46,559 nt of DNA, from contig CALUXH010000015.1 in assembly GCA_944324695.1 (NCBI GenBank), positions 1-46,559 on the forward strand, read 5' to 3'. This document shows, piece after piece, positions 1 to 9,589 of the stretch. The notes under the pieces were generated by a model. That model did no database searches and was not told the origin of the DNA. It saw only the letters and a program-made list of their open reading frames with translations. This DNA comes from an uncultured Elusimicrobiales bacterium. Lineage in GTDB: Bacteria; Elusimicrobiota; Elusimicrobia; Elusimicrobiales; Elusimicrobiaceae. The position numbers and the translations under genes were made by a program. The number at the start of each line of letters is the position of its first letter. Within the stretch, counting starts at the first letter, position 1.

Positions 1-1013
1 AACGCTGCGGCAAATCCATTGACCAGGCCATTTCCGACGCGAAACTTTCCGCCTCGCAGATTGACCGCATTATTCTGGTCGGCGGCCCGACCCGCATGCC
101 GATTGTGCAGAAATATGTGGAAGACCACGTGGGCAAGAAAATTGAACGCGGCATTGACCCCATGGAATGCGTGGCCATCGGCGCCAGCGTCCAGGCCGGT
201 ATTTTGACCGGAGAGGTCAAAGACGTGCTGCTGTTGGACGTGACCCCGCTGTCTTTGGGTCTGGAAACCCTGGGCGGCGTGTGCACGCGCCTGATTGAAC
301 GCAACACCACCATTCCGGTGCGCAAGACGCAGATCTTCTCCACCGCGTCGGACAATCAGCCGGCGGTGACGATCAACGTGCTGCAGGGCGAACGTCCCAT
401 GGCCAAAGACAATGTGCCCCTGGGCAAATTTGACCTCGACGGCATCCCGCCCGCTCCGCGCGGCGTACCGCAGATTGAAGTAACGTTTGATATTGACGCC
501 AACGGTATTTTGAACGTGTCTGCCAAGGACCTCGGCACCAACAAAGAACAGCATATTACCATCAGCTCGCCGAACAAACTCAGCGACGCCGAAGTGGAAA
601 AGTTCGTCAAAGACGCCGAGAAATTCGCCGAAGAAGACAAGAAACATAAAGAGTTCGTGGAAGCCAAAAACGAAGGCGACAGCGTGCTCTATCAGACCGA
701 AAAGGCCCTGAAAGACTACGGCGATAAAGTGTCCCAGGACGACCGCCTGGCCATTGACCGTGCTTTGGGCGATCTGCGCGACGCACTCAAAGGCGATGAC
801 GCGGCCAAAATCCGCTCCGCCAAAGACGCGGCCCTGCAGGCCAGCCAGAAACTGGGTGAAGCGATGTACAAATCCCAGCAGCAGGCCCAAGCCGGCGCCC
901 AAGCAGGCGCACAGGCCGGAGCCCAACCGGGCCCCGAGGCGGCCCAGCAGGCGGCCGGAGCCGGTAACGGCGGCAAGGACGACGTCGTGGAAGCCGAAGT
1001 GGTAGATAAATAA
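1..1013 (+). CDS. dnaK: Chaperone DnaK (Hsp70), 5'-truncated by window edge
   Basis: Frame is open from base 3 (..[11 protein letters not shown]..). It contains [39 protein letters not shown] and the C-terminal [11 protein letters not shown]. Confidence 0.98.
   Translation, partial: RCGKSIDQAISDAKLSASQIDRIILVGGPTRMPIVQKYVEDHVGKKIERGIDPMECVAIGASVQAGILTGEVKDVLLLDVTPLSLGLETLGGVCTRLIERNTTIPVRKTQIFSTASDNQPAVTINVLQGERPMAKDNVPLGKFDLDGIPPAPRGVPQIEVTFDIDANGILNVSAKDLGTNKEQHITISSPNKLSDAEVEKFVKDAEKFAEEDKKHKEFVEAKNEGDSVLYQTEKALKDYGDKVSQDDRLAIDRALGDLRDALKGDDAAKIRSAKDAALQASQKLGEAMYKSQQQAQAGAQAGAQAGAQPGPEAAQQAAGAGNGGKDDVVEAEVVDK
883..932 (+). repeat. Imperfect 12-nt coding tandem repeat (AQAG x ~4) in the DnaK C-terminal tail
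   Basis: caggcccaagccggcgcccaagcaggcgcacaggccggagcccaaccgggc. Confidence 0.7.
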
Positions 1014-1026
1014 ACTTGCGTAAAGT

Positions 1027-1064
1027 AAAAAACCCGCCTGCGGAAATGCAGGCGGGTTTTGTTT
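1027..1064. terminator. Bidirectional intrinsic terminator between dnaK and murQ
   Basis: aaaaaacccgcctgc-ggaaat-gcaggcgggttttgttt hairpin with A and T tails. Confidence 0.9.
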
Positions 1065-1207
1065 GTTATGAAAACTCCGGCCAGGCTGGGGCCATGTTTG
1101 TTATTAATCAATTTCAGGCTTGTTTTAAAACGATTCGCGCCGTTTGCCGGGCCGGGTTATCCGCTTTGGTCGTTGCAGCGGGTGGCGCGTACAAGCCCCA
1201 GCACAAA

Positions 1208-2101
1208 TTATTTTTCACGCAAAACCGCGGCCAAAAAACCTTTGTGCTTTTTCAAATGTTTTTCCGCCTGAGCGCGGGTACAGCTTTTTACCTGCATGAC
1301 AATGGCGGTTTTGACGTTTTGGCCGGATTCTTTAAGCAGCTTTTCCGCCGTTTGTTCATCTGCGCCTGATACGGCGCGTATTAAACGCAGGGCTCTGCGC
1401 ACCAGTTTTTTATTGGTGGGGCGCACATCCACCATCAGATTCTGGTATACTTTGCCCGCCCGGGCCATAGCTCCGGTGGTAATGGCGTTTAACGCCATTT
1501 TGGTGGCGCTGCCGGCTTTCATGCGCGTGGAACCGTTCAGGGCTTCCGGCCCCGTGGGCAGGTGGATAAAAATATCCGCGTGTGAAGAATCGGCTTTTTT
1601 ATTGCAAGCCATCAGCGCGGTGTGGCAGCCGGCTTTTTGGGCTGCTTCCAGCGCGCCCAGCACATAAGGGGTAATGCCGCTGGCGGTCAGTCCGACGACA
1701 AAATCACCTTTTCCGGCGGTTTTTAATATATCCTTTCCGCCCTGGACGGCGTCATCTTCGGCTCCTTCTTTGGCGCGGAACATGGCGTTTTGGCCTCCGG
1801 CTATCAGCCCGACGATTTGTTCCGGGTCCGTGCCGAAGGTGGGCACGCATTCGGCCGCTTCCAGCACGCCTAGCCGCCCGCTGGTGCCGGCGCCGGTAAA
1901 AACGATTTTATGCCCCGCCAGGAAAGTTCTGGCGGCCACGTCAATGGCTTTGGCAATGGCGGGGCCGGCCTTTTGTACGGCCAGGGCGGCGTTGAAATCT
2001 TCGGCGTTTATCAGGCGCGCAATTTGGCGCGGGGAAGAAACGTCCAGTTTTTTTGTATGCGGATTGACGGTTTCGGTGGGAATTAAGTTTTCTTTTTTCA
2101 T
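1208..2101 (-). CDS. murQ: N-acetylmuramic acid 6-phosphate etherase
   Basis: GAGTSGRLGVLEAAECVPTFG, EGAED, GSTRMKAGSATKM, NLMVDV motifs; ggagg RBS. Confidence 0.96.
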   Translation of the reverse strand: MKKENLIPTETVNPHTKKLDVSSPRQIARLINAEDFNAALAVQKAGPAIAKAIDVAARTFLAGHKIVFTGAGTSGRLGVLEAAECVPTFGTDPEQIVGLIAGGQNAMFRAKEGAEDDAVQGGKDILKTAGKGDFVVGLTASGITPYVLGALEAAQKAGCHTALMACNKKADSSHADIFIHLPTGPEALNGSTRMKAGSATKMALNAITTGAMARAGKVYQNLMVDVRPTNKKLVRRALRLIRAVSGADEQTAEKLLKESGQNVKTAIVMQVKSCTRAQAEKHLKKHKGFLAAVLREK

Positions 2102-2272
2102 TTTTAGTCGGCCTCCAAAACGGAATATAACGACTGCGAAAAGATTTCTCCGCCTCCTCTATAGATTAGGGCTAAGCGGGCCGACGGTTGCCGTTAAAAT
2201 GAAGGGATATTCCTTTTTAAACGCCATATGTCATTTGTCAGGCAGTATGGAGGGCCCTTTTATAAAATACTC

Positions 2273-3292
2273 CTATTTAAAAGGCAGGCGTCCTGCCAGC
2301 AGGTCTGCAAACGGTTTGGTAGGTTCGCTGCGCTCTAAAATCATTTTAATAATGGAAGTCAGCGGTACGGCCAACAATGCGCCAACCACGCCCCAGACCA
2401 GGGCCCAGAAGATTAAGGAGGCGATAACGACAACGGGATTTAAATCCATGCCCTTTCCCAACCATTTTGTTTCCAGGATATTGCCCACTACAAAATGCGT
2501 GGCCGTCAGCAAGGAAATGGCTAAAATCATGCGCCAGTCAAAGCCGTACTGCAGAAACAACACCGGCACCGGCAAAATAGTGGCGATAAAGGGGCCGATG
2601 TTGGGGATGAAATTGAGCACGAAGGTAATAACGGCAAACATGGAGGCCAACTCCGTGCCGACCAAAGACAAAATCAGCCACGTCAGCAAAGCCGCCAGCA
2701 GGGACACGAATATTTTGATGATTAGATAATAGGAAATTTGTTTTTCTATGGTGGAAACTAAAGTGTTTTTCTCATCGCCCGTCGCGCGGCCCATAAACAG
2801 GAAAATCAAAAACAGCGAAATCAGCGTCAAATTGGAAATGAAAGACACTACCCCGCCTCCCATCGTGCGCAACATATTGAATACGGGCAGGCGGTTTAAG
2901 GCGTCGGACAAAAATTCCGAATTGGTTTTGATGCCGAATTTTTGCGCGGTATCCAAGGCCCAGGCAACGGTGTCATTTAATTTTTCCGCGTAAATATTGG
3001 CGCCGTTGACAAAAGAAGAAATGGAGTTGCTGACAAAGACCACCGACAGCGCCGCCAAGCCTAAAAACAATAAAATACCCACCAAAAAACCCAGCAGGTG
3101 AGGCACCTTCCAATGCTTTTTCATCCAGTCGGCTATAGTGTTAAGCACAATGGACAGAAACAGCGCAATGACAAACGGCATCAGCACGGCTTTGGCGTAT
3201 ACCAAAATCCAGGTCATGGCCGTGCCGGCCAAAATAAGCAGGCAGGCATTGTTTATGGGCGCATAGGCCGACGAAGCGGTGGGTTTGAACAT
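2273..3292 (-). CDS. AI-2E (PerM/TqsA) family transporter
   Basis: Multi-TM protein with LNFIPNIGP and WALVWGVVGALLAVPLT motifs. Confidence 0.92.
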   Translation of the reverse strand: MFKPTASSAYAPINNACLLILAGTAMTWILVYAKAVLMPFVIALFLSIVLNTIADWMKKHWKVPHLLGFLVGILLFLGLAALSVVFVSNSISSFVNGANIYAEKLNDTVAWALDTAQKFGIKTNSEFLSDALNRLPVFNMLRTMGGGVVSFISNLTLISLFLIFLFMGRATGDEKNTLVSTIEKQISYYLIIKIFVSLLAALLTWLILSLVGTELASMFAVITFVLNFIPNIGPFIATILPVPVLFLQYGFDWRMILAISLLTATHFVVGNILETKWLGKGMDLNPVVVIASLIFWALVWGVVGALLAVPLTSIIKMILERSEPTKPFADLLAGRLPFK

Positions 3293-3380
3293 AAAGGACG
3301 GCTCCTCACAGACAATAAAGCTTTTTCTTTATATTAGTAAAAAATTTTTCTCCGTACAACCGGATTCTCTAAAATAGAGG

Positions 3381-3418
3381 AAGTATACTTTAAAGTAATA
3401 TGGTATACTTTTAAAGTA
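3381..3418 (+). promoter_or_regulatory. Tandem palindromic repeat (putative operator) overlapping an extended -10 (TGgTATACT, 3401-3409)
   Basis: gtatactttaaagta (3383-3397) and gtatacttttaaagta (3403-3418), 20 nt apart. Confidence 0.5.
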
Positions 3419-3458
3419 GGGGAAATTTAACAAAGAAAAAGCAGTATAGGAGAGGTAC

Positions 3459-3986
3459 ATGAAAAAAAGCTTGGTATTGGTGTTTGGCGCTCTTTTTCTG
3501 TTCGGCATGGCTCATGCGGCCGTGACGGTGGAAGCAGGCGGCAAAACGACCAAATATGAAAACGGCCAAACGGTGCGCGTCAATGCGGCGGAAGATACGG
3601 TCGTTAATTACAACGGAGTGGAAATTTTCGTTCCGGCCGGCGAAGCGGTGGTCATCGCGCAAAGCAGCGATGGTTCCGTGCTTCTCAGCGGCAACAATAT
3701 GTCCGGCGTTACCGTAAATGGTGCTGCCGTCCGCTCTACGGGCCGCGCGGTGGTGGCCGTATCCGGTTCTACTCTGTCCGTGCGCACGGGGAGCGTATCC
3801 GTGAACAATCAAGCGGTGGCGGCTGGTTCTTCCGTCAATATGTCGGGCGCTTCTGCCTCTGCGGCTTCGGCGGCACTTCCCGTACCGACCGTTGTGGCTT
3901 CTACGGAAATGACCAACAACAGCGCTGCTACGCAGCAGCAGGCACAGAATGTGGAAGAAACCCTGAGCCCTTCTTCCCCGCGCTAA
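3459..3986 (+). CDS. Secreted beta-rich hypothetical protein (FecR-like beta fold possible) with low-complexity Ala/Ser tail
   Basis: Sec signal peptide (..GMAHA), aggagagg RBS, V/G/S/T-rich strands, ends ETLSPSSPR. Confidence 0.75.
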   Translation: MKKSLVLVFGALFLFGMAHAAVTVEAGGKTTKYENGQTVRVNAAEDTVVNYNGVEIFVPAGEAVVIAQSSDGSVLLSGNNMSGVTVNGAAVRSTGRAVVAVSGSTLSVRTGSVSVNNQAVAAGSSVNMSGASASAASAALPVPTVVASTEMTNNSAATQQQAQNVEETLSPSSPR

Positions 3987-4005
3987 TTAGGAGAACAGAA
4001 TACAC

Positions 4006-5136
4006 ATGAAAAAATTAGCAATCGTATTTTTAACGGTGTTGATGGCGTGGCCTTTGGCCGCGTCCGCTTCTCCGGTGACGTTTACCGTGTCGGAAGATTT
4101 CAGCTATGACGACAACATCTACCTGACTGACGGCAATGAAACGGATTCTTTCATCAGCTCCACCCAGGTGGGCGCCCAGTATCAGTCCAATATCCCGGGC
4201 AGCGGTTTGGAATTAACCGCCAACGGGCAGGTGGGCTACAACGCCTATACCGAAGACAGCGGCACCAACAATTTCTGGAATGCGTTGGGCGACGTGTCTT
4301 TGAAAAACGAGTGGATGAACATCGGGGACCGCTTTCTGTACACTTCCGATCCGGCCAACAGCTCTTTGACGGACCGCGCGGAACGTATCCAGAACGTGGG
4401 CTATGTGTCTTTTAAGACTTCTTCCGAAAAGAAATTCGGCATCGGTTTCACCGCGGACGACGTGTTTGACCGCTATATGAAATCCGAATGGAGCTATTTG
4501 AACCGCAACCGCGTCAACTTGGGCGCTCAGCTGTATTACAATGTGTCTCCCAAAACGAATTTCTTCGTGGAATATACCTATTCCGACATCAGCTACGAAG
4601 ACAATAAAGAAAACGAATCCGCCGGCAACAGCGTGGGGCTGGGCGTGAACGGTCAAATCGCTCCGAAAGTGACCGGTACGGCCAAAATCACCTATGATAT
4701 GCGCGACTACGATGAAAGCATCGCCGGCGTGGACAATTACAATGACCTCGTGGGTTACTACGTGGCTTTGGAATGGCAGCCGACCAGCCGCAACACGGTG
4801 CGCCTGTCCGGTCAGCGCAAAATGGAAGAAACGCTGTACGGCAACAACCGCTACTTTGCCGATACGCTGGTATCTCTGTATGTTTCCCAGAAAGTATATG
4901 ACAAATGGACAGCTTCTTTGACGCTGTCTTGGGAAGATATGGACTATGCCAACGCCAACAATGACGGCACCAAGAGAAACGACGGGCTGTACACCATTCG
5001 CCCGCAGGTGGACTATCAGTTCAAAGACTGGCTGTCCGCCGGCGTGTGGTACCAGTTCCGCAACCGCGATTCCAACGTCAACGGCGCCGATTACGACAGC
5101 AACAAAGCCGGCGTATTCGTCAAAGCCCTGTTCTAA
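4006..5136 (+). CDS. Outer-membrane beta-barrel protein (polysaccharide-export-associated, DUF2320-like)
   Basis: Signal peptide, YDDNIYL near N-terminus, alternating amphipathic strands, terminal GVFVKALF with C-terminal Phe; aggag RBS. Confidence 0.85.
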   Translation: MKKLAIVFLTVLMAWPLAASASPVTFTVSEDFSYDDNIYLTDGNETDSFISSTQVGAQYQSNIPGSGLELTANGQVGYNAYTEDSGTNNFWNALGDVSLKNEWMNIGDRFLYTSDPANSSLTDRAERIQNVGYVSFKTSSEKKFGIGFTADDVFDRYMKSEWSYLNRNRVNLGAQLYYNVSPKTNFFVEYTYSDISYEDNKENESAGNSVGLGVNGQIAPKVTGTAKITYDMRDYDESIAGVDNYNDLVGYYVALEWQPTSRNTVRLSGQRKMEETLYGNNRYFADTLVSLYVSQKVYDKWTASLTLSWEDMDYANANNDGTKRNDGLYTIRPQVDYQFKDWLSAGVWYQFRNRDSNVNGADYDSNKAGVFVKALF

Positions 5137-5158
5137 TCGCAACGAACGACAAAGTTTT

Positions 5159-5187
5159 AAAACCCCGCCCGAAGGCGGGGTTTTTGT
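5159..5187. terminator. Intrinsic terminator (likely bidirectional)
   Basis: aaaaccccgcc-cgaa-ggcggggtttttgtt. Confidence 0.9.
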
Positions 5188-5355
5188 TCTATAAGATGCC
5201 TGTCAAAACAAACCGCGGCAAATCAGTATTATTGGGCGGAAAAACGGACGGAATACGATAAAAATTTTCTCTTCATCAAGCCAAATACAGAATCTGGCGT
5301 GCTTGTGGTGATTCCCTGTGCAAAAAAGCGGGGAAAGAGCCCTGCGGCCAGCGGA

Positions 5356-6375
5356 CTAATACTTAAACACCAATACCTGATACGGCGGCAGCAGCGCCGT
5401 TTTTTTGCGTCCGTAAAGGGTTTTGTATTTTTTATCCGTCAGCGTTTGGGGCAGAGGCTGTGCTTGGTTGGAGGCGTTTATCAGCACGGTGTAATGTTTG
5501 TTTTTGTATTTCCAGGTTCTGCCCAGCAAAGGAAGCGCGAACGCGGCGGGGTTTTCGGCGGGTACGCCGCCCTCCAGTACGGGTTTAAACTTGGCTAGTT
5601 CTTTGGTGACGGCTTTGACGCGTTTCCACCATTGGGGCTGGGCCTGCGGCAGCGGTTTGCCTTGCGTGGTAAAAATAAAATAAAACAAGCCGTTTACGCC
5701 GTTTACAATGCCGTGGTAAGACATCAAGCGGATTTCTTCTTCCGTGGGGAAGCGGCCTATGCGGTCATCATCGGGGCGGTATTGTTTGTATTCTTTCCAA
5801 TCGAAAATCTGCACCACGCCCCACAGCGGGTTGCCCCCCGCGCCCGTTTGCGCCATGCCTTGGCGGGCCAGGGCCAGCTGGTCTCCAAAAGACGTAAGCG
5901 GCAGATGCGGCACGGGATACCAGTCCACCATGAGTATATCCGGCAAATCATAAAAGGGCGTTTGCGTTCGGCCCTGGCCGATGACCAATGCGGTATCGTG
6001 CGCGGGGAAAGAGGCTTTGGCTTTGTTATATGCCTCCAAAACGCGCGCGCGGGACCAATTTTGTACGTCCGGTTCGTCTACCAAGTACCACGCCAGCACG
6101 GGCCAGGCTTTGGCCTGTTCTTCATAGGGAGAGCCGATGATTTTGTCCGGGTAGAATACAACCTGCAAATCTTGTTTTTGGGCCTCTTTGGCCAGGGCGG
6201 CCAAAACGGCGGGGTCCGTCTGATAGGTTTGCAAACAGGAAAAACCGGCTTTTTTTATCGTTTTAATGTCGGCGGGGTCATTTACGCCGTACATGCACAG
6301 TGCAAACGGCTCGCCGTGCGCCGCCAGAGCGGTGAAAAGCAAAGATAAAAATAAAGCGGTTTTATTGCGCCACAT
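5356..6375 (-). CDS. Secreted putative glycoside-hydrolase-like (TIM-barrel) protein
   Basis: Probable start MWRNKTALF overlaps the upstream stop; signal peptide (..ALAAHG); WYLVDEP and DWYP motifs typical of clan-A-like GH barrels. Confidence 0.6.
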   Translation of the reverse strand: MWRNKTALFLSLLFTALAAHGEPFALCMYGVNDPADIKTIKKAGFSCLQTYQTDPAVLAALAKEAQKQDLQVVFYPDKIIGSPYEEQAKAWPVLAWYLVDEPDVQNWSRARVLEAYNKAKASFPAHDTALVIGQGRTQTPFYDLPDILMVDWYPVPHLPLTSFGDQLALARQGMAQTGAGGNPLWGVVQIFDWKEYKQYRPDDDRIGRFPTEEEIRLMSYHGIVNGVNGLFYFIFTTQGKPLPQAQPQWWKRVKAVTKELAKFKPVLEGGVPAENPAAFALPLLGRTWKYKNKHYTVLINASNQAQPLPQTLTDKKYKTLYGRKKTALLPPYQVLVFKY

Positions 6376-7699
6376 GGGAATCCTTGATAAAAGCCCGCAG
6401 GCCCGTTTTAAACAAAATATCCAAATCCAGCAAAATGGAGCGGTTTTTAATGTACCACACATCGTAAGAAAAGCGGGTGAAAGCGGCGTCATAGGCGCGG
6501 GGCTCCGAAACAACAGGTTGCCCGTTAAAAGTTTTATAATTGGGAGGCGCTTTGAAATTTAACTGGGCCCAGCCGGTAATGCCGGGTTTAACAATGGTGC
6601 GTATGGTGTGATTTGGAATATGTTCATTAAGCAGGTTCCATTCCCCCAGCCATAAGGGTCTTGGTCCGACAAAAGACAAGTCTCCGCGCAGCACATTGAA
6701 AATCTGCGGGATTTCGTCCAGCCGAAAGCGCCTCCAAATACGGCCCGTGCGGGTAATTTCTTCATGGTCCGATTCCTGGTTTTTCTGTTTGATGGTGCGG
6801 AATTTATACACCGTGATGGTTTTGCCCATGTGGCCGGCGCGCTTTTGGCTGTATATGGGGTTTTCTTTGTCTATATATTTAATCAGCAGCCAAATCACCG
6901 CGCCCGCCGGCAGCAGAAACGGCAGCAAACACACGGCCAGCACGGCGTCCATGGTGCGTTTGAGCATATGGTACATGGCGTCTTCTTTGCGCCTGGCTAT
7001 ACCGCGCAGCAGCCACATGGCGTCATTGATGCTTTCGCGCGAGACGCGGTTAAAAATCTGCTCATACACGTTAAAGTCCGTATCCACTACTACCCCTTTG
7101 GCGATGAACTTTTCGGAAATGATGTCCCACGCCTGCGGGTTTTGGGCAAAAAGTTTGCTGCCCACCACCACCGCGTCCATATTGCGGGCAGAATAAGTGA
7201 TGCCCGCCTGCGGCGCGGGGCCGGCGTCTTTGACGGACAGGCCTTTGGAAGAAGCGGCCTCACGGCGGATTTCGTCCAAAGTGTCGCTTTCCCCAAACAG
7301 CATGAGGTTTGTTTTGGCAAAGTCCAGCTTAAAGTAAATGCGTCGCGCCCACCATACATAGATGAAATACAACATCATCACGCCCAGCAAAATGGCCTTG
7401 GGCGTCATCAGCGGCAGGCGCGCGGACAGAAAATACAAAAAAGACGCCGCCAGCAGGGTGCTGATGACAAAGGCGATGGCTAGGTTTTTGTAATTGATGA
7501 CTTGTTTGCGCAGGGCTTTGACGTCGTAGAAAGAGAAAAGCCACAAAATAAAAGTCGTCAGCGCGAAAATAAAGATGAAAATTTTGCAGTTATTGAAGTA
7601 AACCAGCCCATTTATTTCCCCGCGGCGTACAGCCACGGTGATAAATAAAATAATAAAAAACGCGCAGAAATCCAGGAAGAAAAACAATTTCTTATTCAT
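6362..7699 (-). CDS. Priming (initiating) phosphoglycosyltransferase, WcaJ/WbaP family
   Basis: 4 N-terminal TMs, then KRTMD..YKFRT..RLDEIPQIFNVLRGDLSFVGPRP..KPGITGWAQ (Bac_transf). Confidence 0.93.
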   Translation of the reverse strand: MNKKLFFFLDFCAFFIILFITVAVRRGEINGLVYFNNCKIFIFIFALTTFILWLFSFYDVKALRKQVINYKNLAIAFVISTLLAASFLYFLSARLPLMTPKAILLGVMMLYFIYVWWARRIYFKLDFAKTNLMLFGESDTLDEIRREAASSKGLSVKDAGPAPQAGITYSARNMDAVVVGSKLFAQNPQAWDIISEKFIAKGVVVDTDFNVYEQIFNRVSRESINDAMWLLRGIARRKEDAMYHMLKRTMDAVLAVCLLPFLLPAGAVIWLLIKYIDKENPIYSQKRAGHMGKTITVYKFRTIKQKNQESDHEEITRTGRIWRRFRLDEIPQIFNVLRGDLSFVGPRPLWLGEWNLLNEHIPNHTIRTIVKPGITGWAQLNFKAPPNYKTFNGQPVVSEPRAYDAAFTRFSYDVWYIKNRSILLDLDILFKTGLRAFIKDSHVAQ

Positions 7700-8624
7700 G
7701 CGCGTTTTCCTCCCACATTTCTTTTAAACCCTGTTCCAAAGAAACCTCCGGCGCAAAGCCCAAAGCGCGTATTTTGGAAATATCCGCCGCGGAGAGTTTG
7801 ACGTCCCCGTCCCGTTTGGGGCGGAACACGCGTGGCAGCTTTTGGCCGGACACTTTGTCTATCAGGTCGGCCAGATCCAACAGGGAGCAAGTCTGTCCGC
7901 GCGCCACATGGTAGCATTCGCCCGGGACGGCTTTCAGCGCGGCCAGCAAATTGGCCTGCACCACGTCCCGCACGTTTACAAAATCGCGGCTTTGCAATCC
8001 GTCCCAATCTATGCCCAGGGGTTTGTGCTCGCGGGCGGACTGCATAAATTTGGCTATGACGGCCGCATAAGGGGAATGGGGGTTTTGCCCCGCGCCGAAT
8101 ACGTTGAAATAAATCAAAGAAACGGTTTCCAGCCCGTACAGGCGGGTGTACATTTGGCACAAGTCCATCCCCTGCAGTTTGGACAACGCATACGGGGACT
8201 GGCAGTCATGGGCGGAAGTTTCTTTGTAGGGCAAATCCGGTCCGTTGCCGTATATGGCGCTGGAACAGGCGAATACCACGCGTTTAACTCCGCGCTTGCG
8301 CGCGCATTCCAGCACATTGGCCGTGCCCAGGGTGTTGATGTCAAAAGTATCCAGCGGCTGCGCCACCGACTGCGGCACGGATACCAGCGCCGCATGGTGC
8401 AGCACATAGTCCGCCGCGGCAAAAGCCGTAAGCAGCACGTTTTCGTCGCGTATGTCGCCTTCTATCAGGTGAATTTGATCTTGTATAGATGTCAGATTTT
8501 CGCGCCGGCCGGAGGTGAAATTGTCCACGATGCGTACGGTCTGGCCCTGGCGCAGCAGTTCTTTGGCTAAATGGGAGCCGATAAACCCCGCCCCGCCGGT
8601 AATAACCCAGGTATGTTTTTCCAT
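7692..8624 (-). CDS. NAD-dependent UDP-sugar 4-epimerase/dehydratase (GalE/WbpP-like)
   Basis: TGGAGFIGSH, YALSK catalytic YxxxK, YFNVFG, DGLQSRDF; gagga RBS. Confidence 0.93.
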   Translation of the reverse strand: MEKHTWVITGGAGFIGSHLAKELLRQGQTVRIVDNFTSGRRENLTSIQDQIHLIEGDIRDENVLLTAFAAADYVLHHAALVSVPQSVAQPLDTFDINTLGTANVLECARKRGVKRVVFACSSAIYGNGPDLPYKETSAHDCQSPYALSKLQGMDLCQMYTRLYGLETVSLIYFNVFGAGQNPHSPYAAVIAKFMQSAREHKPLGIDWDGLQSRDFVNVRDVVQANLLAALKAVPGECYHVARGQTCSLLDLADLIDKVSGQKLPRVFRPKRDGDVKLSAADISKIRALGFAPEVSLEQGLKEMWEENAHE

Positions 8625-8654
8625 GAAAAGTCCTCGTGCCCCCTACATAGACAA

Positions 8655-8748
8655 ATTATACTAATTTCAAGGTTTCTATAGGCCGTATTTTAAAAAAACG
8701 GATAAAAATGAGCTCAAAAGCATAACACGGGTAAATGGTATAATTTAC
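8655..8748. promoter_or_regulatory. Divergent sigma70-type -10 elements for the epimerase (-) and GT cassette (+)
   Basis: TATAAT on minus strand at 8655-8660; TGgTATAAT on plus strand at 8736-8744, flanked by gtaaat/atttac dyad. Confidence 0.55.
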
Positions 8749-8761
8749 ATAAATTAAATTT

Positions 8762-9589
8762 ATGCCAACGCCATATCCGTCCTTTTCCGTTTTAATGTCC
8801 GTGTACGCTAAAGATAATCCCGCGTGGATTGCCCAGGCGTTGGACAGCGTGCTTTATAACACCGTACCGCCTGCGGAGGTGTTGGTGGCGGTGGACGGCC
8901 CCGTGGGGGAGGATATATGGGCGGTATTGGATGCATATGCGCAAAAATACCCTGCGGTGCGCGTGCTGGCTTTTGAAAAAAATGAGGGACTGGGCGCCGC
9001 GCTGCGCAAGGGACTGGAAAAATGTACGCATGAATGGGTGGCCCGCATGGACGCCGATGACATCAGTCTGCCGGACCGCTTTGAGAAGCAGCTGGCCCGC
9101 GTCATGCAGGAGCCGGATTTGGCGGTATTGGGCGGCGCTATAGAAGAAATAGACGCGCAAACGCTTATGCCCCTGAATTTGCGTATCGTGCCGTGTGCGG
9201 ATGCGGATATTAAGAAGTTTTTGAAAAGCCGCAGTCCGTTTAATCATCCGTCTGTATTGATGAATAAACGACTTGTTTTGCAGGCGGGCAGCTATCAGCC
9301 GTTTCATTTGATGGAAGATTATTATTTATGGGCGCGCTGTGCGGCCAACGGATACAAAATGGCCAATCTGCCGGATGTTTTGGTGCGCATGCGCACGGAC
9401 GCAGCCTTGTACGGTCGCCGCGGCGGGTGGAAATATTTTAAGAGCAATGCCGCGCTGTCGCAAAAGCTGTATGAACTGCAACTGATTCCCTTTCCGCGGC
9501 ATGTATTCAATTTGTGCGTGCGCTTTTGCGTGCAGGTAATAATGCCTAATAATATACGAAAAATTTTTTATAAAAAAGCATTAAGATGA
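8762..9589 (+). CDS. Glycosyltransferase family 2 (AmsE/WbbD-like)
   Basis: FSVLMSVY, ARMDADD, PFNHPSV, MEDYYLW motifs. Confidence 0.93.
   Translation: MPTPYPSFSVLMSVYAKDNPAWIAQALDSVLYNTVPPAEVLVAVDGPVGEDIWAVLDAYAQKYPAVRVLAFEKNEGLGAALRKGLEKCTHEWVARMDADDISLPDRFEKQLARVMQEPDLAVLGGAIEEIDAQTLMPLNLRIVPCADADIKKFLKSRSPFNHPSVLMNKRLVLQAGSYQPFHLMEDYYLWARCAANGYKMANLPDVLVRMRTDAALYGRRGGWKYFKSNAALSQKLYELQLIPFPRHVFNLCVRFCVQVIMPNNIRKIFYKKALR

Noticed and set aside
2102-2272. Possible riboswitch in the murQ leader
   Set aside because: I could not identify an aptamer consensus or a terminator/antiterminator pair by eye.
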